Shown piece by piece: positions 1 through 1,333 of a stretch of DNA of 1,333 bases. The notes beneath the pieces were generated by a model. That model was not told the origin of the DNA. It was given only the letters and a program-made list of their open reading frames with translations, and did not search any database. The DNA lies in sequence record OR846044.1. One strand, 5' to 3'. This DNA is from a phage. A program made the position numbers and the translations under genes. Position 1 is the stretch's first letter, and the number at the start of each line of letters is the position of its first letter.

Positions 1-1333
<1,333 letters not shown>

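Overview
This window is almost entirely coding on the minus strand and is a recognisable P22-type phage or prophage DNA-packaging module, not a novel system. It holds the last 72 codons of the large terminase gene (1113..1333, -) and the first 371 codons of the portal gene (1..1113, -), which runs off the left edge. The terminase stop and portal start overlap by one base (TAATG), with a Shine-Dalgarno-like GAGGA embedded in the terminase tail. The deduced portal N-terminus ([66 protein letters not shown]...) matches what I recall of phage P22 gene 1 product; this is recognition from memory, not a database search. All four ORFs in the supplied track are antisense or off-frame shadows of these two genes. 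I found no RNA genes, CRISPR repeats, mobile-element ends or intergenic space.
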